A stretch of DNA of 64,000 bases, from assembly GCA_044870765.1 (NCBI GenBank), contig JBIOZG010000043.1:1-64000 (forward strand), written 5' to 3'. Within the stretch, counting starts at the first letter, position 1. Every line of letters starts with the position of its first letter. The notes under the pieces were generated by a model that did not search any database, had not been told where the DNA came from, and saw nothing but the letters and a program-made list of their open reading frames with translations. The translations under genes were made by a program, and so were the position numbers. Positions 9,272 to 19,018 of this stretch are shown here, one piece after another. The stretch comes from Nitrososphaeraceae archaeon. Lineage in GTDB: Archaea; Thermoproteota; Nitrososphaeria; Nitrososphaerales; Nitrososphaeraceae.

Positions 9272-10246
9272 TCAATGTCCTGAAAAAGTCTGAACCTGGG
9301 ATGGGCTATCTTTGTTAACACTAGCAATCTTTCCTGAAACTCCTTGTTCATCGAATTGCTTTATGTATATATGATTGGCTTTGTCATTGTACGCAAGATC
9401 TGCCATTGTTAATACGGTAAAACCATTATCGTGCAAGTATTTCATTTCTCTCTTGAATAATTCGATTTCAGTATTGTAGCCAACCGCATCAGGTTCTCCA
9501 ATTCTGTGATATATTATTATAGGAATGGCATTAATCAACCCATCTTCGTTATATTTATCTTGGCTATTTACAACATTGATAAATCTTTTAAAAAGACCGG
9601 CGTCGTTGTAGGAGTTTACCATTCTTGAGAAATCTTGACTCCATCCGCTGATTGTAAACTTGTTGGCATATGTTATATAATGGGTATTTGTATATGTTTT
9701 GCAGTCACGTTCAACTGATGGAACCCTCAATCCGTCACAACTCAAATAAGTTAGGGGGTTATTTCCTATTCTCGCTAAATCATAATACTTTGATACTATT
9801 TCAAATACCTTTTTCTCATTAGAACCGTCATTAAAGGGATATGCAAAACTTGTGGCTTCAATACCGTGATCCCCTAGGCATTTTTTTGATTGTCCTACCT
9901 CATATTCGATATGTTTTTTTGATAAATTACTCAGATGCACATGGTTCATAGAATGCGATCCTATGTCATGACCTTCTTTGTTCAAAGTTTCAATTTCATC
10001 CCATGTCATAAAGCCTTTTTTATTATCTACGTAATTGCACACTATGTAGAATGTAGCCTTAAAACCATACTTGTCAAGAATTGGCTTTGCATGGGTAAAC
10101 TGAGTCTTGCGACCATCATCGAAATTTATTATTACTACTTTGTTGTTGGTAACCGACGAGGCATGTGTGTTAGAAAAGAAGGGCAAAAATCCTACGGCTA
10201 TTATCAAAAACGTGGCACTTATTATGACTAGTACATCTCGTGGCAA
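9272..10246 (-). CDS. Secreted polysaccharide deacetylase (CE4/NodB)
   Basis: Signal peptide; NFDDG, GSHSMNH, FAYPF and IIIYH motifs. Confidence 0.9.
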   Translation of the reverse strand: MPRDVLVIISATFLIIAVGFLPFFSNTHASSVTNNKVVIINFDDGRKTQFTHAKPILDKYGFKATFYIVCNYVDNKKGFMTWDEIETLNKEGHDIGSHSMNHVHLSNLSKKHIEYEVGQSKKCLGDHGIEATSFAYPFNDGSNEKKVFEIVSKYYDLARIGNNPLTYLSCDGLRVPSVERDCKTYTNTHYITYANKFTISGWSQDFSRMVNSYNDAGLFKRFINVVNSQDKYNEDGLINAIPIIIYHRIGEPDAVGYNTEIELFKREMKYLHDNGFTVLTMADLAYNDKANHIYIKQFDEQGVSGKIASVNKDSPSQVQTFSGH

Positions 10247-10505
10247 CTGATGATCTTGAGCAAGATTTTCTATTATATATACATATGAGAATATGAGTTA
10301 ATTTAGCAATGACTAGAAAGAGTTGACTAAAACTAGAGATAATTAGTTCTTACCAGTTCGATAAAATATCCTCCGTAACATTCTACATGTCTTTTTCTCT
10401 TTTGCCTTTAAGGCAAATACAAAATTTTCATATGGCGTCAATGCTACAAATTGAGCCTCAATCACAAATTGTAATCATTTACGGTATGAAAGATAGATTT
10501 TCAAG

Positions 10506-10524
10506 CGGGTCCAGAGGGATTTGA
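10506..10524 (-). repeat. att-like direct repeat of the tRNA-Arg 3' end
   Basis: CGGGTCCAGAGGGATTTGA versus CGGGCCCAGAGGGATTTGA at 11828-11846 (18/19 identical). Confidence 0.75.
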
Positions 10525-10660
10525 TTGAATATTGTGTATTTGGGTGTGAAAATTTGGACTTAAGTAAATCTTTATAAGAGAAATTCATTCTTGCCGAATA
10601 AATATTTCTACATATAATAAATTATTGCTCTGATGCAATTGGTTTCTTGTCTAAATTTAG

Positions 10661-10804
10661 TCAAGCGATTTTAAATTTCAAGCATTTACATTTTTTGCAT
10701 TCTGATAGGGGATTCATGGGTACCCTCCGGAAATGATGTAGTCTTCGATGCCCGCAGACGCACTTATCAAATTGGCTCAATGTTACTTTGTTTAGATTTT
10801 CCAT
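10661..10804 (-). CDS. 47-aa Cys/His-rich zinc-finger-like microprotein
   Basis: Read manually: MENLNKVTLSQFDKCVCGHRRLHHFRRVPMNPLSECKKCKCLKFKIA*. Confidence 0.55.
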   Translation of the reverse strand: MENLNKVTLSQFDKCVCGHRRLHHFRRVPMNPLSECKKCKCLKFKIA

Positions 10805-10932
10805 TTATTAAAAATATATGACCAGATACGGGACACAAAGAAATTGGGGGCGTTAATAAGTCCGCAAAACTTTTAGAGGATGAAAAAAGAGTTGAAATAA
10901 TTGGACTTGTTATATTGGTGACAAAATAAAAA

Positions 10933-11118
10933 ATGGATTACGTTAGAGGAGCAACCTTTGTCTTGGGTATCCTAATAATAATATCGGGGCTTTACTTCTT
11001 AATATCGGCAAGTAATATTTTTGGAGTTCTTCTTGGAATGACAGGTATAGTTCTTGGAATCGTCTTTACATGGAAAATAAGAAAAAGCGGGAAACAGAAG
11101 AAGAGGTTGAAGAAATAA
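10933..11118 (+). CDS. Small two-TM membrane protein
   Basis: 61 aa; two hydrophobic helices and a basic tail; TTATA-like element upstream. Confidence 0.6.
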   Translation: MDYVRGATFVLGILIIISGLYFLISASNIFGVLLGMTGIVLGIVFTWKIRKSGKQKKRLKK

Positions 11119-11218
11119 GAAAATGCACATAGTGGTAACTATTTTATAATGTGAACGTTACTTTCTCCATGTCTATCTATCTCGGCTTGTATCTCTACGT
11201 GGGCCCATCAGTTCTAAT

Positions 11219-11476
11219 TTAACTAGGTGATGTAGATGGGAATAATTTCAGGACTTCATCGCTGTATTCACCAAGCAACGTTTGTATTCTATCTGGATCA
11301 GGTGGGTTGACGGATGCAGCATCTATTACATTCTTTTCAAATTCATCTGTAAGTTTTTGGAATTCTGCACAACCTGCACATTGTCTGGGTGCGTATACTT
11401 GCTGAGTGCTCATTGTTACTATTGTGACAATAACCGATGCGGCCAGTATTGCCATTACAGAGTAAACAGTCTTCAT
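11219..11476 (-). CDS. Small secreted protein with CxxC
   Basis: 85 aa; signal peptide ending QQVYA, then PRQCAGC and an acidic helical region. Confidence 0.65.
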   Translation of the reverse strand: MKTVYSVMAILAASVIVTIVTMSTQQVYAPRQCAGCAEFQKLTDEFEKNVIDAASVNPPDPDRIQTLLGEYSDEVLKLFPSTSPS

Positions 11477-11489
11477 TATCCATGTTAGT

Positions 11490-11786
11490 ATCGCGTTTGT
11501 AATAAGGTTTAATCGTGTTCCTAACTGTTCCAGCCGATATGCCTTCTTTATACATTCTTTCTTTTTGGAATATGATAAAATTAATTATCTGTGCGTTTAC
11601 CCAATTACGATCACTACATTTTTGAGCAAATTCAACTGCCTGAGTTTCAAGATCGTTATTATGTTGAAGACAAAAATCAAAAAATACTTTTAACTTTCTG
11701 GGATATTGTCTTTTAGTACCCTCTGATTGCAAGGCATATGCAAAATTTTATAACGGATTTTCTAACGGAGTTTCTAACTTCAACAC
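11490..11786 (-). pseudogene. Truncated tyrosine recombinase/integrase (N-terminal core-binding part only)
   Basis: GTG at 11786 reads MLKLETPLENPL*NFAYALQSEGTKRQYPRKLKVFFDF...ISAGTVRNTIKP; in-frame TAA at 11748-11750; no catalytic R-H-R-Y domain; adjacent to the tRNA 3' end; lower boundary approximate. Confidence 0.7.
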
Positions 11787-11827
11787 TTATTTCATATATG
11801 AATCCATATTATGCACTATTTTCAGTA

Positions 11828-11902
11828 CGGGCCCAGAGGGATTTGAACCCTCGACCAACTGCTCCGCAGGCAGCCATTCTATCCAAACTGAACTATGGGC
11901 CC
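11828..11902 (-). tRNA. tRNA-Arg(GCG)
   Basis: GGGCCCA/TGGGCCC acceptor stem, anticodon arm GCTGC-CTGCGGA-GCAGT, T arm GAGGG-TTCAAAT-CCCTC; CCA not encoded. Confidence 0.96.
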
Positions 11903-12060
11903 AAACTTTTCTAATAGAGTTCCTTATATGAACTAGAGTCGAACCTATCTCCATCTACATCAATATTCATGGAAATATATGAAACTAACACATGGAAATC
12001 AATTTCATTCCTCAAACAATATATGTATATAAACTTGATTATCTTAGTAAATCGGTCAAC

Positions 12061-13005
12061 ATGGTAAGATCCTTCCTTGAAGAAATCGACAAACGCATAC
12101 TCCTTTTTGATGGTGCTATGGGAACCGAGATACAGAAACTTAACCCAAAACCAGAAGATTTTCCAAATAACAAAGAAGGATTCAATGATGGGCTTATTCT
12201 ATCCAGACCAGAATGGATTGAAATCATACATAGGAGTTATTTAGAAGCAGGTTCAGACTGCATTGAGACAAATACCTTTGGTAGTAACCAAATTAAGCTT
12301 AAAGAGTATGGATTTGGAGAACAAACAGTATCAATAAATAAATCTGCGGCACAACTTGCAAACAGGGTAGCCAAGGAATTTTCAAATGAAAAAAAGTTTG
12401 TCGTAGGTTCAATGGGGCCAACGGGTTATCTTCCAAGCTCAAACGATCCTGACTTGGGGAATATTACCCTGGATACAATTACAGATGCATTTGATTTGCA
12501 AGCTCAAGGTCTAATGTTAGGAGGTGTTGATGTTCTTCTTATTGAAACAAGTCAAGATATATTAGAAGTTAAACTTGCCATAACCGGATCATTTAATGCG
12601 ATGAAAAAAGTTGGCAAAAAGGTACCTATAATTTCCAACATAACCCTGGACAAATACGGTAAGATGTTACTTGGTACAAACGTTCAGTCAGCATATACAA
12701 CAGTTAGCGACATGGGAATTTCAGTTTTTGGATTAAATTGTTCTACTGGACCAGCTGAAATGGAATCAAGTATCAGATGGCTAGATGAACAGAACGAATT
12801 ACCCATCCTAGTTATGCCAAATGCTGGAATGCCAATTAATGAAGGTGGTACGGCGGTTTACAAGATGACCTCAAAAGACATGTCATGGCAGATAGGAGAA
12901 TTCTTACACAAGTATAAGAGAGTGAGAATTATAGGAGGTTGTTGTGGGACAACCCCTGAGCACGTTAGGGAACTCAGAAAAATATTAAAAACGTATGACT
13001 TATAA
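12061..13005 (+). CDS. metH: B12-dependent methionine synthase, homocysteine-binding module (split MetH, N-terminal part)
   Basis: LLFDGAMGT, ETNTFG, GLNCSTGP and GGCCGTTPEH zinc motifs; ATG at 12061 is the likely start. Confidence 0.92.
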   Translation: MVRSFLEEIDKRILLFDGAMGTEIQKLNPKPEDFPNNKEGFNDGLILSRPEWIEIIHRSYLEAGSDCIETNTFGSNQIKLKEYGFGEQTVSINKSAAQLANRVAKEFSNEKKFVVGSMGPTGYLPSSNDPDLGNITLDTITDAFDLQAQGLMLGGVDVLLIETSQDILEVKLAITGSFNAMKKVGKKVPIISNITLDKYGKMLLGTNVQSAYTTVSDMGISVFGLNCSTGPAEMESSIRWLDEQNELPILVMPNAGMPINEGGTAVYKMTSKDMSWQIGEFLHKYKRVRIIGGCCGTTPEHVRELRKILKTYDL

Positions 13006-13039
13006 TTCGCAATCGAACAATTGAGAATATATCAATTCT

Positions 13040-15559
13040 ATGTACCTGAAACATGTACCCCGAGTTAGCTCAGCATTAAAGGCTGTAGATTTAACTCAGA
13101 TTCCTCCGCCTTTAATTATTGGAGAGCGTCTGAACACGCAGGGCTCAAAAAGGGCAAAAAGATTAGTACTGTCAGATGACTTTGACGGGCTGATAGACCT
13201 TGGCAGAGAACAAGTAAGTGATGGAGCCCATTGTATTGATGTTTGCGTGGCAACAACTGAAAGATCGGATGAGCTCGAATTTATGAAAAAGCTGGTGAAA
13301 AGATTAAGTCTTGAGGTCGACGCGCCGTTAGTCATTGATTCAACCGATCCCAAAGTGATTACAGAAGCAATATACCAAATTCCAGGAAGGCCTATCATTA
13401 ATTCTATCAACTTGGAAGGAGATGGCTCTCGGTTCCATTTACTTGCGCCAATCATGGCAAAATTTGGAATTCCATCGATTTCAATGTGCATTGGACCAAA
13501 CGGAATGGCCAAGACAGCCGAAGAAAAAATTAAGGTAGCAAGATTACTCTTTGAAACAGGAAAAAAATATGGATTACAACCATGGCAGTACATATTTGAC
13601 GTACTGACCTTCACGCTAGCAACTGGTGAACAAGAATACGCAAATTCTGCAGTTGAGACACTTAAAGGCATATCGTCAGTCAAGAAGGAAATCGAAGGTT
13701 GTTTCACTACCCTTGGATTAAGCAATATTAGTTTTGGTCTTCCTGTAAGGGCAAGAAAAATAGTCAATTCAGTATTTTTGCATCATGCGCTGAAGGCAGG
13801 ATTGGATACGGTAATTATTAATGCAAAAGATATAATGCCGATAGGAGAAATTAGTCAGGACCAAATCAAGCTCGCAGAGGATCTTATATTTAATAGGCAT
13901 GCTAGTGCTCTTTCTGAACTGATATACTATTTTGAGAACAAGAATGTTACTGTTACTAATAATTCTCAAAGATTAGAAGAAATAAACAAAAATTGGGATT
14001 TTGACAAACGTTGCTACTACCGTATAGTAAATCGAGTGAAGGACGGAATTGAAGAAGACGTGGTTGGATCTATTACTGACAAGCTTGAGAAAAAACTAAA
14101 ATCAAAACCGGGAAATATTCAAAAAGAAGAATTGCTAAGACAATATCCCGAGCTATCTCATGAAGCAGCGGTCCAAACCCTAAATGAAGTATTACTTCCG
14201 GCAATGAAAGAAGTGGGTGACAAGTTTGGTGCTGGTGAGTTAATTTTACCTTTCGTATTAAAATCTGCAGAGTGCATGAAATCAGCGGTATCCGAACTTG
14301 AAAAATATCTTGTCAAAAAACAGGGAGTAAGCAAGGGTAAACTTGTCTTATGTACGGTGTACGGTGACGTTCATGATATAGGCAAGAACCTCGTAAAAAC
14401 AATTTTCTCAAATAATGGTTATACTGTATATGATCTCGGTAAACAGGTTCCAATACAACAAATTGTAGACAAAATTAAGGAAGTACAAGCGGACGCCGTA
14501 GGTTTATCTGCATTACTAGTTTCAACTTCAAAACAAATGCAGTTTTTTATAGAAAACGCAAGGCAACTAAATCTCAATATCCCAACATTATGTGGCGGTG
14601 CGGCCATAAACAGTGATTACATAAACAGAATTGCAAAGTCAGATGCCGTGTATAAGCCAGGAGTCTTTTATTGCAAAACTGCATTTGAGGGATTGAACAT
14701 AATGAATAAATTGAGATCTCCTGAAAAAGATAAATTCATTCAGGAATGGAATAATAAAATCAATAAATTTGATGAAAAGAAAAAAACGCAAGTAAAAGCT
14801 GATATCGATATACTAGTTAGTAAAGTACGAACTGTAAACCCACCAACCTTACCAAATTTTGATTCACCCATAAAATTAGGCCCTTCAGAAATTAACCTTG
14901 ACGAGGTATGGCAGTATTTAAATAAAAAATCTCTGTTTGTTCTCTCTTGGGGTATAAGAGGAAAATCGGCATCCAAAATTGGCGATCCTGAGGCACTACT
15001 ATCAGAGTGGAAGAAAAAAGTAATAGACGAGAGACTTTTCTCGCCGCGTGTAGTATATTCTTACTTTAAATGTCATAATCAAGGTAACAAACTTGTGGTG
15101 GATTCAGATAAACAAGGACAAATAGTTTTTGACTTTCCAAGATCATCAAAGCCTAAACGACTGTGTATTACAGACTATTTTGGGAAAGACGATGTTGTTC
15201 CATTCCAAGTAGTCTCTGTGGGTCAAAAAACCGTATCAAAAATTGAAGAACTCAATTTAAACAATAATTATACCGATGCCTATTATCTTCATGGTCTGGC
15301 AGTAGAAACAGCAGAAGCCCTGGCAGAATGGGTCCACCACCGAATTAGAAGAGAACTAAATATTGATAAGAACAGAGGACTCAGATACAGTTGGGGATAT
15401 CCAAGTTGTCCAGACACTATGCAACATTATTTAGTGTGGAAACTAATTGATCCAACCACTAGTGGAATAGGTCTTACTTCTGCAGGGCAAATAAATCCAG
15501 AGTACTCTACTGCTGCCATTGTAGTTCATCATCCTGATGCAGAATATTTTATACTGTAG
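13040..15559 (+). CDS. metH: B12-dependent methionine synthase, pterin-binding, cobalamin-binding and reactivation modules (split MetH, C-terminal part)
   Basis: IIGERLN, GDVHDIGKNLV cobalamin motif, GLSALL, RYSWGYPSCPD. Confidence 0.93.
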   Translation: MYLKHVPRVSSALKAVDLTQIPPPLIIGERLNTQGSKRAKRLVLSDDFDGLIDLGREQVSDGAHCIDVCVATTERSDELEFMKKLVKRLSLEVDAPLVIDSTDPKVITEAIYQIPGRPIINSINLEGDGSRFHLLAPIMAKFGIPSISMCIGPNGMAKTAEEKIKVARLLFETGKKYGLQPWQYIFDVLTFTLATGEQEYANSAVETLKGISSVKKEIEGCFTTLGLSNISFGLPVRARKIVNSVFLHHALKAGLDTVIINAKDIMPIGEISQDQIKLAEDLIFNRHASALSELIYYFENKNVTVTNNSQRLEEINKNWDFDKRCYYRIVNRVKDGIEEDVVGSITDKLEKKLKSKPGNIQKEELLRQYPELSHEAAVQTLNEVLLPAMKEVGDKFGAGELILPFVLKSAECMKSAVSELEKYLVKKQGVSKGKLVLCTVYGDVHDIGKNLVKTIFSNNGYTVYDLGKQVPIQQIVDKIKEVQADAVGLSALLVSTSKQMQFFIENARQLNLNIPTLCGGAAINSDYINRIAKSDAVYKPGVFYCKTAFEGLNIMNKLRSPEKDKFIQEWNNKINKFDEKKKTQVKADIDILVSKVRTVNPPTLPNFDSPIKLGPSEINLDEVWQYLNKKSLFVLSWGIRGKSASKIGDPEALLSEWKKKVIDERLFSPRVVYSYFKCHNQGNKLVVDSDKQGQIVFDFPRSSKPKRLCITDYFGKDDVVPFQVVSVGQKTVSKIEELNLNNNYTDAYYLHGLAVETAEALAEWVHHRIRRELNIDKNRGLRYSWGYPSCPDTMQHYLVWKLIDPTTSGIGLTSAGQINPEYSTAAIVVHHPDAEYFIL

Positions 15560-15588
15560 ATACGGTTAGATTTGAGATAGATAGATAA

Positions 15589-15912
15589 ATGACAATTAGT
15601 GATTTTATTTTCTCTTGCGCGACAGATAATGTGCCGGCTTACTTTACCTATGAGGGTGAAAATATGCTAATCGTACAATCAAAGGAGGGTGCTAAAAACC
15701 AGAAAAATGATTTTGAACAGATTGAAGGTTTCATGGGTGCGCTGATATCACACGAGTCTGTACATGTAGTGATAGCAAAATTAGTTGATGGTCAGATTTC
15801 TGATTCGTTAGACGATCTTGAAATTGTTGTGGAAAGATTTGGTAAGAAATTGCAGGTTAGCCTAAATAATATGTTCTTTTCAACAGATAGCAGTGGAATT
15901 ATCACAAAGTAA
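15589..15912 (+). CDS. Hypothetical protein with HExxH motif
   Basis: 107 aa; ISHESVHVV; 29 bp downstream of metH. Confidence 0.7.
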   Translation: MTISDFIFSCATDNVPAYFTYEGENMLIVQSKEGAKNQKNDFEQIEGFMGALISHESVHVVIAKLVDGQISDSLDDLEIVVERFGKKLQVSLNNMFFSTDSSGIITK

Positions 15913-15928
15913 ATAGTAATCTTGTTAC

Positions 15929-16765
15929 TCAGTTGTTATTTTTGCATGCAGCCTTCAATGATTTAATATATTTTTTCAATTTATTTTGTAAGTAATCAAT
16001 ACTGTCATCTTTATTATCATCAATCAATTTGATGATGGCACTACCAACAATCACAGCATCGGCTCCATATTTGGACATAAGTTTTACATGATTTGGCTGG
16101 CTTATTCCAAAACCTACAGAAATATTGTTCTTGTTTGAACTTAATTTTTTTATGTTCCTAATAGCAGTAAGAGTGTATTCATTAAACGAATTTCTCATAC
16201 CCGTAGTACCGTATACAGACACAACATAGACAAAACCCGTAGAAACATCAAGTGTTCTTTTAATTCTAAAATTTGATGTGTTTGGAGCAACAAGGAATAC
16301 CGATGCAAGTTCAAGATTCTTCGAATATTCCAGGTACTCTCTGGATTCTTCTATAGTCATATCAGGGAGAACAAAACCATCCACTCCTGCTTCCTTTGCT
16401 ATCTCCATGAACTTTCTAAATCCCTTTTTTTGCAAAATATTAGAATATGTCATTATGACAATTGGAAGTTCAGGATATCTTTTCCTGGTTGCCCTAACAA
16501 TATCCAGACAAATATCCGGATTAATTCCCTTCTTTAACGCTCTAAATGAGGCCTCCTGAATTGTTGGACCGTCTGCAATCGGATCTGAAAAAGGGATACC
16601 TATTTCGATAATGTCAGCACCCCCGTCTACAATTGATGAAATTATTTTCTCACTTGTGCCAGCGTTAGGATAACCTCCCAAAACATAGCATATCAGCCCT
16701 TTTTGATTCGTTGATTTTAATTCAGCAAATTTCTTCTCTATTCTATTATTTTCTAATGATAACAC
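15929..16765 (-). CDS. trpA: Tryptophan synthase alpha chain
   Basis: IEIGIPFSDPIADGPTIQ, VGFGIS, VIVGSA. Confidence 0.97.
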   Translation of the reverse strand: MLSLENNRIEKKFAELKSTNQKGLICYVLGGYPNAGTSEKIISSIVDGGADIIEIGIPFSDPIADGPTIQEASFRALKKGINPDICLDIVRATRKRYPELPIVIMTYSNILQKKGFRKFMEIAKEAGVDGFVLPDMTIEESREYLEYSKNLELASVFLVAPNTSNFRIKRTLDVSTGFVYVVSVYGTTGMRNSFNEYTLTAIRNIKKLSSNKNNISVGFGISQPNHVKLMSKYGADAVIVGSAIIKLIDDNKDDSIDYLQNKLKKYIKSLKAACKNNN

Positions 16766-16768
16766 TGA

Positions 16769-17989
16769 CTATGACCTGCCGAGGTATTTTTTTCTAAACT
16801 TCATTACTTGATCTATGTCTTTGTCACCTCTACCAGACAATGTAACAATAATATTTTGATCTCTTCTCATTTTTTTTGCCAACTTCATTGCGTATGAAAC
16901 AGCATGGCATGATTCTAAAGCCGCTATAATACCTTCCAATCTTGAAAGTTTGAAAAACGCATCCAACGCTTCTTTATCATTACAGGTAACATATTCCGCA
17001 CGTTCAATGTCCTTTAGTTGAACATGCTGAGGACCTACACCTGGATAATCCAAGCCTGCCGAAATACTATGTGTATTATTTATTTGTCCAAATTCATCTT
17101 GTAAAAGATATGTTCTCATTCCGTGCAGTATGCCCTCTGAACCAACTTTTAGCGTGGCAGAATGTTTTCCTGTTTTTATACCCAGGCCACCTGCTTCAAC
17201 TCCGTATAATGACACCTTGTTATCATCTAGAAATGGGAAGAAAGTGCCCATTGCGTTACTACCTCCACCTACACAACATACAAGTGCATGAGGAGAACTT
17301 GTACTAGCCGTGGCAGTTAAGTTTTTAAGCTGTGATTTGATTTCCTCGCCGATTACGCTTTGAAAATCTCTTACAATCATAGGATATGGGTGTGGGCCTA
17401 CAACCGATCCTATCAAATAGTAAGTATCTTTTACATTTGTTATCCAATCGCGTAACGCTTGATTTATAGCATCCTTTAGTGTTCTCGTTCCAGAATCTAC
17501 ACGGTGTACCTTTGCTCCTAATAGTTCCATCCTGAATAAATTCAATTTTTGTCGTTCAACGTCTATAGATCCCATGTAAATTTCTGCCTTCAACCCAAGA
17601 ACAGCTGCTGCCATTGCCGTTCCTACGCCATGCTGACCTGCTCCAGTTTCTGCAATTATTCTTTTTTTTCCCATTTTCTTGGCCAAGAGGCATTGGCCCA
17701 AACAGTTGTTAGTTTTATGTGCTCCGCCATGTAAAAGATCCTCTCGCTTGAGAAAAATCTTTGCACCGCCTACATAATCTGTCAGATTCTTTGCAAAAAA
17801 GAGTGGTGTAGGTCTTCCTGCATAATTTTTAAGATAATAATCAAGTTCCTTCTTAAAACTAGAATCGTTTTTAATTTTTTCGTATGCTTCCTCAAGTTCA
17901 CTAATCGCCGGAACCAAAGTTTCTGGAATATACTTGCCTCCGTATTTTCCATATTTACCATTTATAGGAAACCTTTGTAAATTGGTCAT
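16769..17989 (-). CDS. trpB: Tryptophan synthase beta chain
   Basis: [13 protein letters not shown] (PLP lysine), [21 protein letters not shown]. Confidence 0.97.
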   Translation of the reverse strand: MTNLQRFPINGKYGKYGGKYIPETLVPAISELEEAYEKIKNDSSFKKELDYYLKNYAGRPTPLFFAKNLTDYVGGAKIFLKREDLLHGGAHKTNNCLGQCLLAKKMGKKRIIAETGAGQHGVGTAMAAAVLGLKAEIYMGSIDVERQKLNLFRMELLGAKVHRVDSGTRTLKDAINQALRDWITNVKDTYYLIGSVVGPHPYPMIVRDFQSVIGEEIKSQLKNLTATASTSSPHALVCCVGGGSNAMGTFFPFLDDNKVSLYGVEAGGLGIKTGKHSATLKVGSEGILHGMRTYLLQDEFGQINNTHSISAGLDYPGVGPQHVQLKDIERAEYVTCNDKEALDAFFKLSRLEGIIAALESCHAVSYAMKLAKKMRRDQNIIVTLSGRGDKDIDQVMKFRKKYLGRS

Positions 17990-18034
17990 TTTGATACTGG
18001 TTCCAGAAATTGCTGTGAGTCTGAGTCTGAGGAT

Positions 18035-18847
18035 TTAAACATAGCATAACTCCTTTATCTTTTCAAAAAAATTCTCTGATTCCATGATGCTTGTGCCAAC
18101 TAGAAATGCATCAACGCCAATTGATCTTAATTTCTTGATTTCATCAGATTTGGATATTCCGCTTTCACTTATGATAATATTGTTTTGTTTATCAAACGTT
18201 TGTAGTAGTTTAATAGTAACGTTGATGTTAACCTCAAGAGTACTCAAATTTCTATTATTAATACCTATAAGTTGCCGTTTATTTTTTAGTATTTCCTTAA
18301 ACTCATCTTCTGAATGAACTTCGCTAATAACTTCAAGGCCTTTTCTTGTGGCGTAATCAGAAAATTTTTCCATGCTTCCTTCTGCAAATCCCTTGTCAAA
18401 TACGTTTTTAATTAACAAAATACAATCTGCGCCTATCTTTTTTGCTGCATCAATTTGAACCTCACTAACAATGATATCCTTCATTAACAAAGGCACACTG
18501 ACACTTTTTCTGACAGATGCAAGATTATTGATAGAGCCTTCAAACAAGTAAGGCTGAGTGAGTACAGAAATCCCAGCAGCTCCTGATTTTGTCATTTGTA
18601 TTGCTAGTTCCTCTGGAGTTATCTTGGATTGATCCAGAATTTTGCCTTTTGAGGGTGAAGCAAATTTTATCTCTGAGATAATGGGAACACGACTGCACGT
18701 TAGAATTGTTTTCTTCAGCGAAATTATAGAATGACTGTCATAGTCATATTTGTCTGCATCATACAATCCTTCGTTGACTGCCCTGTAAGAATTGTCAGTT
18801 AGAGTTTTTAGTCCCGTTTCTCTGGAAAAAAATTTACTCAAAGTCAC
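18035..18847 (-). CDS. trpC: Indole-3-glycerol phosphate synthase
   Basis: ISEIKFASPSKG, ISVLT, GINNRNL, ISESGI, LVGTSIM. Confidence 0.95.
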   Translation of the reverse strand: MTLSKFFSRETGLKTLTDNSYRAVNEGLYDADKYDYDSHSIISLKKTILTCSRVPIISEIKFASPSKGKILDQSKITPEELAIQMTKSGAAGISVLTQPYLFEGSINNLASVRKSVSVPLLMKDIIVSEVQIDAAKKIGADCILLIKNVFDKGFAEGSMEKFSDYATRKGLEVISEVHSEDEFKEILKNKRQLIGINNRNLSTLEVNINVTIKLLQTFDKQNNIIISESGISKSDEIKKLRSIGVDAFLVGTSIMESENFFEKIKELCYV

Positions 18848-19018
18848 ACCAGAGAGTAATTTCAGTCCTAATCATATAACTGTATTCGGCTGCATAAGCC
18901 ATTTAAGTGAACCTAAATTTCGTCACTGATTTTTTATTTTATGTTAAACAAATGCATCTTGGTACCCTTCGCAACTACAGTGTTGGTATTAGGTGTCTGG
19001 CTAAGGACTTCCGAAATT

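Larger units (their letters stand above)
10506..11846. mobile_element. Decayed tRNA-Arg-integrated element (~1.3 kb remnant)
   Basis: Flanking att-like repeats plus a truncated integrase next to the tRNA 3' end. Confidence 0.65.

Noticed and set aside
11201-11214. GGGCCCATCAGTTC resembles the tRNA-Arg 5' end
   Set aside because: Short, needs an indel and is in the opposite orientation; does not fit att-site geometry and is plausibly chance.
11343-11489. C-terminal Cys-rich part of the 129-aa track ORF
   Set aside because: Out-of-frame read-through over the 85-aa secreted gene after the integrase truncation point.
12061-15559. Split MetH as a novelty or a frameshift
   Set aside because: Two clean ORFs divided at a domain boundary; split MetH is an established arrangement in this group and in other prokaryotes.
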